Below, one piece after another: positions 61,707 to 64,000 of a stretch of DNA of 64,000 bases (within the stretch, counting starts at the first letter, position 1; every line of letters starts with the position of its first letter). The position numbers and the translations under genes were made by a program. Origin of the DNA: Pseudomonadota bacterium (lineage in GTDB: Bacteria; Bdellovibrionota_B; Oligoflexia; Silvanigrellales; Silvanigrellaceae); NCBI GenBank assembly GCA_039799905.1, contig JBDLRP010000001.1:32001-96000 (forward strand). The letters are read 5' to 3'. The notes under the pieces were generated by a model. The model was not told the origin of the DNA. It saw only the letters and a program-made list of their open reading frames with translations, and ran no database searches.

Positions 61707-61733
61707 CTATCGGCACAGTTTTCGATTACTTAA
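61707..61733 (-). promoter_or_regulatory. sigma28-like promoter of the MreB paralogue
   Basis: Minus strand TTAA-GTAATCGAAAACTGT(15)-GCCGATAG. Confidence 0.58.
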
Positions 61734-62440
61734 CGCTCGGCATTACGACAGGAATTGATAGCCCTAACGAGATTGGGTACTTCTGAAATAAGAGTGCCCT
61801 TGTTGTTTTTCATGGTGTCGCAGCCGCCGTGTGTGTGGATGCCCACGCCCCGTCCAGTTGCCGAGTCAATCAAAAGTGCGCCGCTGCTCCCCGCAGTGGT
61901 ATCCAGATCATGGTAAACAATGCTCGCATCACTCCAGAGTACCTGACCCTGCGCCTTCCACTGCACAAAACTCTCTGCTCCGCTGCGTTGCACCGCAGTC
62001 GCCTGCAAACCAGCGTTGGTCAAAGATCCGAGCGAAAGATCAGGCTCAACAAAGCCATGAACCTTGCCCGCCAAAAGACCGCTGATGGGGTTTGGCTTCA
62101 AACGCACAACAGCCCAGTCATTGCCGATGCGCGACTGCAGAGCTCGAGTCCAATTCTTGTCTATCTTATAGACAAACTCTTCTACCAAGAAAGGTTTGTT
62201 ATACTGTGCATCCACAAAAAAACGCGCCTCACCCAACACGTGCAGACAGTGTCCGGCAGTCACAGCACATGAATCACTGACCATCGTCAAAGTGCAATAG
62301 TTGGTGCTTCCGCTTGTCGGGTCAAAAACAACGCCCACCGGTGCATGTTGAGTGCGAACACGATCATCCTGCCCGCACAGTGACTGAGGCTGCACATGAC
62401 TCATCATGAGAGTGGCTGCGATTGCACTGCTGACTGGCAT
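61730..62440 (-). CDS. Trypsin-like (V8-type) serine protease
   Basis: CGQDDR, CT..., TAGHC (His), NDWAVV (Asp), DTTAGSSG (Ser), GIHTHGGC. Confidence 0.9.
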   Translation of the reverse strand: MPVSSAIAATLMMSHVQPQSLCGQDDRVRTQHAPVGVVFDPTSGSTNYCTLTMVSDSCAVTAGHCLHVLGEARFFVDAQYNKPFLVEEFVYKIDKNWTRALQSRIGNDWAVVRLKPNPISGLLAGKVHGFVEPDLSLGSLTNAGLQATAVQRSGAESFVQWKAQGQVLWSDASIVYHDLDTTAGSSGALLIDSATGRGVGIHTHGGCDTMKNNKGTLISEVPNLVRAINSCRNAER

Positions 62441-62564
62441 TAGTCATAACCCCCGTACACATTTCAAATCGAAACAAATTGGATGTGCTTGGAGAATAAC
62501 GAAAAACACCAAAACAGGCATCCGCCAAATTTCCCTGCATCAACCGATGCGCCACGCACGTTGT

Positions 62565-64000
62565 TCATAGAACGCATTTGACAGTAGAAACACCGCCAGC
62601 GGGTTGTTGACTCGTGGTTGATTGTTGCTCCGAAGCAGTTTGAGATTCGCCTGAGCCGTTTTGTCGGGCCGTTGCAACTGCTTCACTCATCAGGGAATCA
62701 CTGATGGTATCTTCTTCACGGAATGCAGGAAGTGAAAGTACCGAAGCTCCTCCGCTGCTGCCGCCACTTGATGAGCATATATTTGAAAATTGTGGGTAAC
62801 CAGGTTCTTCACAGACTGCACACTGAGGCCGTTTACGGGCCAACGGAACCAATCCGGCAATACTCACCAAGGCTGACCCGTGCTCAAGAAAAGCCTCCTC
62901 AATTTCCCCATCCAGCGAGAAAAGATATGGCTTTCGAAAATAAACATGATTCAACTGGCTGCAGAAATCCGCGGGCTGCAGTCCGCTGACTTGAAGAAAG
63001 CCGGTGGAATGGGGAGTTTCCGATAGAACAAGAGGCGAAGTCTCGCCAGCCAATACAGATTCACTGAACAATGAAAACAGAGAATCCGTAAAGACTGATT
63101 TGATGCCAGCCGGCTTGGGTTTGAGTTCAGCACTTTGTTCGTGGGGCACGCGCGCCATCAATAATTCTTTACGAAACAGACTACGGATGGCTGCATTCAA
63201 TACAGACTGTTCCTGTGTCTGATAAGCTACGAAGTCGAAAACCTCATTCGTTGGAAAATAATGCCTGCTGATGCCATTCCAAAATTCTGGCTGCAATGAA
63301 GAAGATAATTTGTCGGTCAAAATCTGTGCCGTTGATTGACACGAGGGGGTATCTGTCCAAACTCCAGCAGAGCAATAACGGTACCCGCCGATAGACTGCA
63401 GCGTTGAGTGCTGCAGCAAAAGCCTTTTGACAATTCTTTCATGGGAGAAAAAACCGCGGAAATCAGACAGCGCCGACTCCGCATCTGCTGGTATCAGTCG
63501 AGCTCTCCGCTCCACTTGTGCATCTAAAACAATCTTGAGAAAGTCATTCACCAGCTGCTTTTCAGACGGAACAAACTCGATCTCTTCAACTATATGGCCC
63601 AAGAAATCGTACGTATCGGATGTACGGTTGGAGTTTTCCCAAGGCCCGTATTGCCTCTTGAACAAAGACGATATCGGAAATTTTGTTCTGTAAATATCAT
63701 TGAGTGTTGAATTTCCCTCAAATTTATTGGGCACTGTCAGTAAGAGCTTACGTTTAACCTGCGTGCTTAGATAACCATTCTTGAATGCAAGATAGAGAAC
63801 CGGATCGTCGAACAAACGACAATCAGGCTGCGACCAAAGAAAAGTACGTGATTGAGATTCGCCCTGTCGCGCAGGAACGACCTCCACAAAGGCCTTGCAA
63901 TACGTAGGCACTCCATAATTCAACCCAGCAGCCACGCCGGTCAGGCCATTCCAGTTATCTAAAAAAATATTTTCAATTGAGGAAGACTGAAGCATAAGGC
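62565..64000 (-). CDS. Hypothetical protein, probably 5'-truncated by the window edge
   Basis: Open frame of at least 476 codons reaching the right edge; Ser/Gly/Gln-rich C-terminus. Confidence 0.6.
   Translation of the reverse strand, partial: LMLQSSSIENIFLDNWNGLTGVAAGLNYGVPTYCKAFVEVVPARQGESQSRTFLWSQPDCRLFDDPVLYLAFKNGYLSTQVKRKLLLTVPNKFEGNSTLNDIYRTKFPISSLFKRQYGPWENSNRTSDTYDFLGHIVEEIEFVPSEKQLVNDFLKIVLDAQVERRARLIPADAESALSDFRGFFSHERIVKRLLLQHSTLQSIGGYRYCSAGVWTDTPSCQSTAQILTDKLSSSLQPEFWNGISRHYFPTNEVFDFVAYQTQEQSVLNAAIRSLFRKELLMARVPHEQSAELKPKPAGIKSVFTDSLFSLFSESVLAGETSPLVLSETPHSTGFLQVSGLQPADFCSQLNHVYFRKPYLFSLDGEIEEAFLEHGSALVSIAGLVPLARKRPQCAVCEEPGYPQFSNICSSSGGSSGGASVLSLPAFREEDTISDSLMSEAVATARQNGSGESQTASEQQSTTSQQPAGGVSTVKCVL

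Overview
Gene-dense bacterial chromosomal window of moderate GC, about 52 CDSs. Gene style (many Cys-lipobox lipoproteins, PilZ proteins, a pilGHI-like ABC cassette, an unclustered short flagellin, a solo MreB paralogue, secreted proteases) suggests Bdellovibrionota/Oligoflexia (inference). The left half holds housekeeping genes (mutS2, lepA, ruvAB, oppABCDF, murI, rlmD, yggT) mixed with motility and signalling genes (flagellin, cheV, two PilZ proteins, a cNMP-binding protein). From about 45.7 kb it is dominated by exported hydrolases and orphan lipoproteins. I saw no rRNA, tRNA, CRISPR array, transposase, integrase or prophage gene. Most notable: (1) about ten correctly oriented intergenic sigma28/FliA-like promoter motifs, serving chemotaxis genes but also a giant Ser/Thr kinase, a protease, a pseudo-cyclase and the MreB paralogue, while the flagellin lacks one; (2) an OppC permease with an inserted fibronectin-III-like domain; (3) several apparently catalytically dead signalling domains (class III cyclase, IrrE/ImmA protease, STAND P-loop and PP2C-like tail); (4) two unannotated Cys/His papain-fold candidates; (5) an RBS-masking hairpin. 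All protein calls come from motif recognition by eye, not database searches; many starts were moved from the ORF track using RBS or promoter position.
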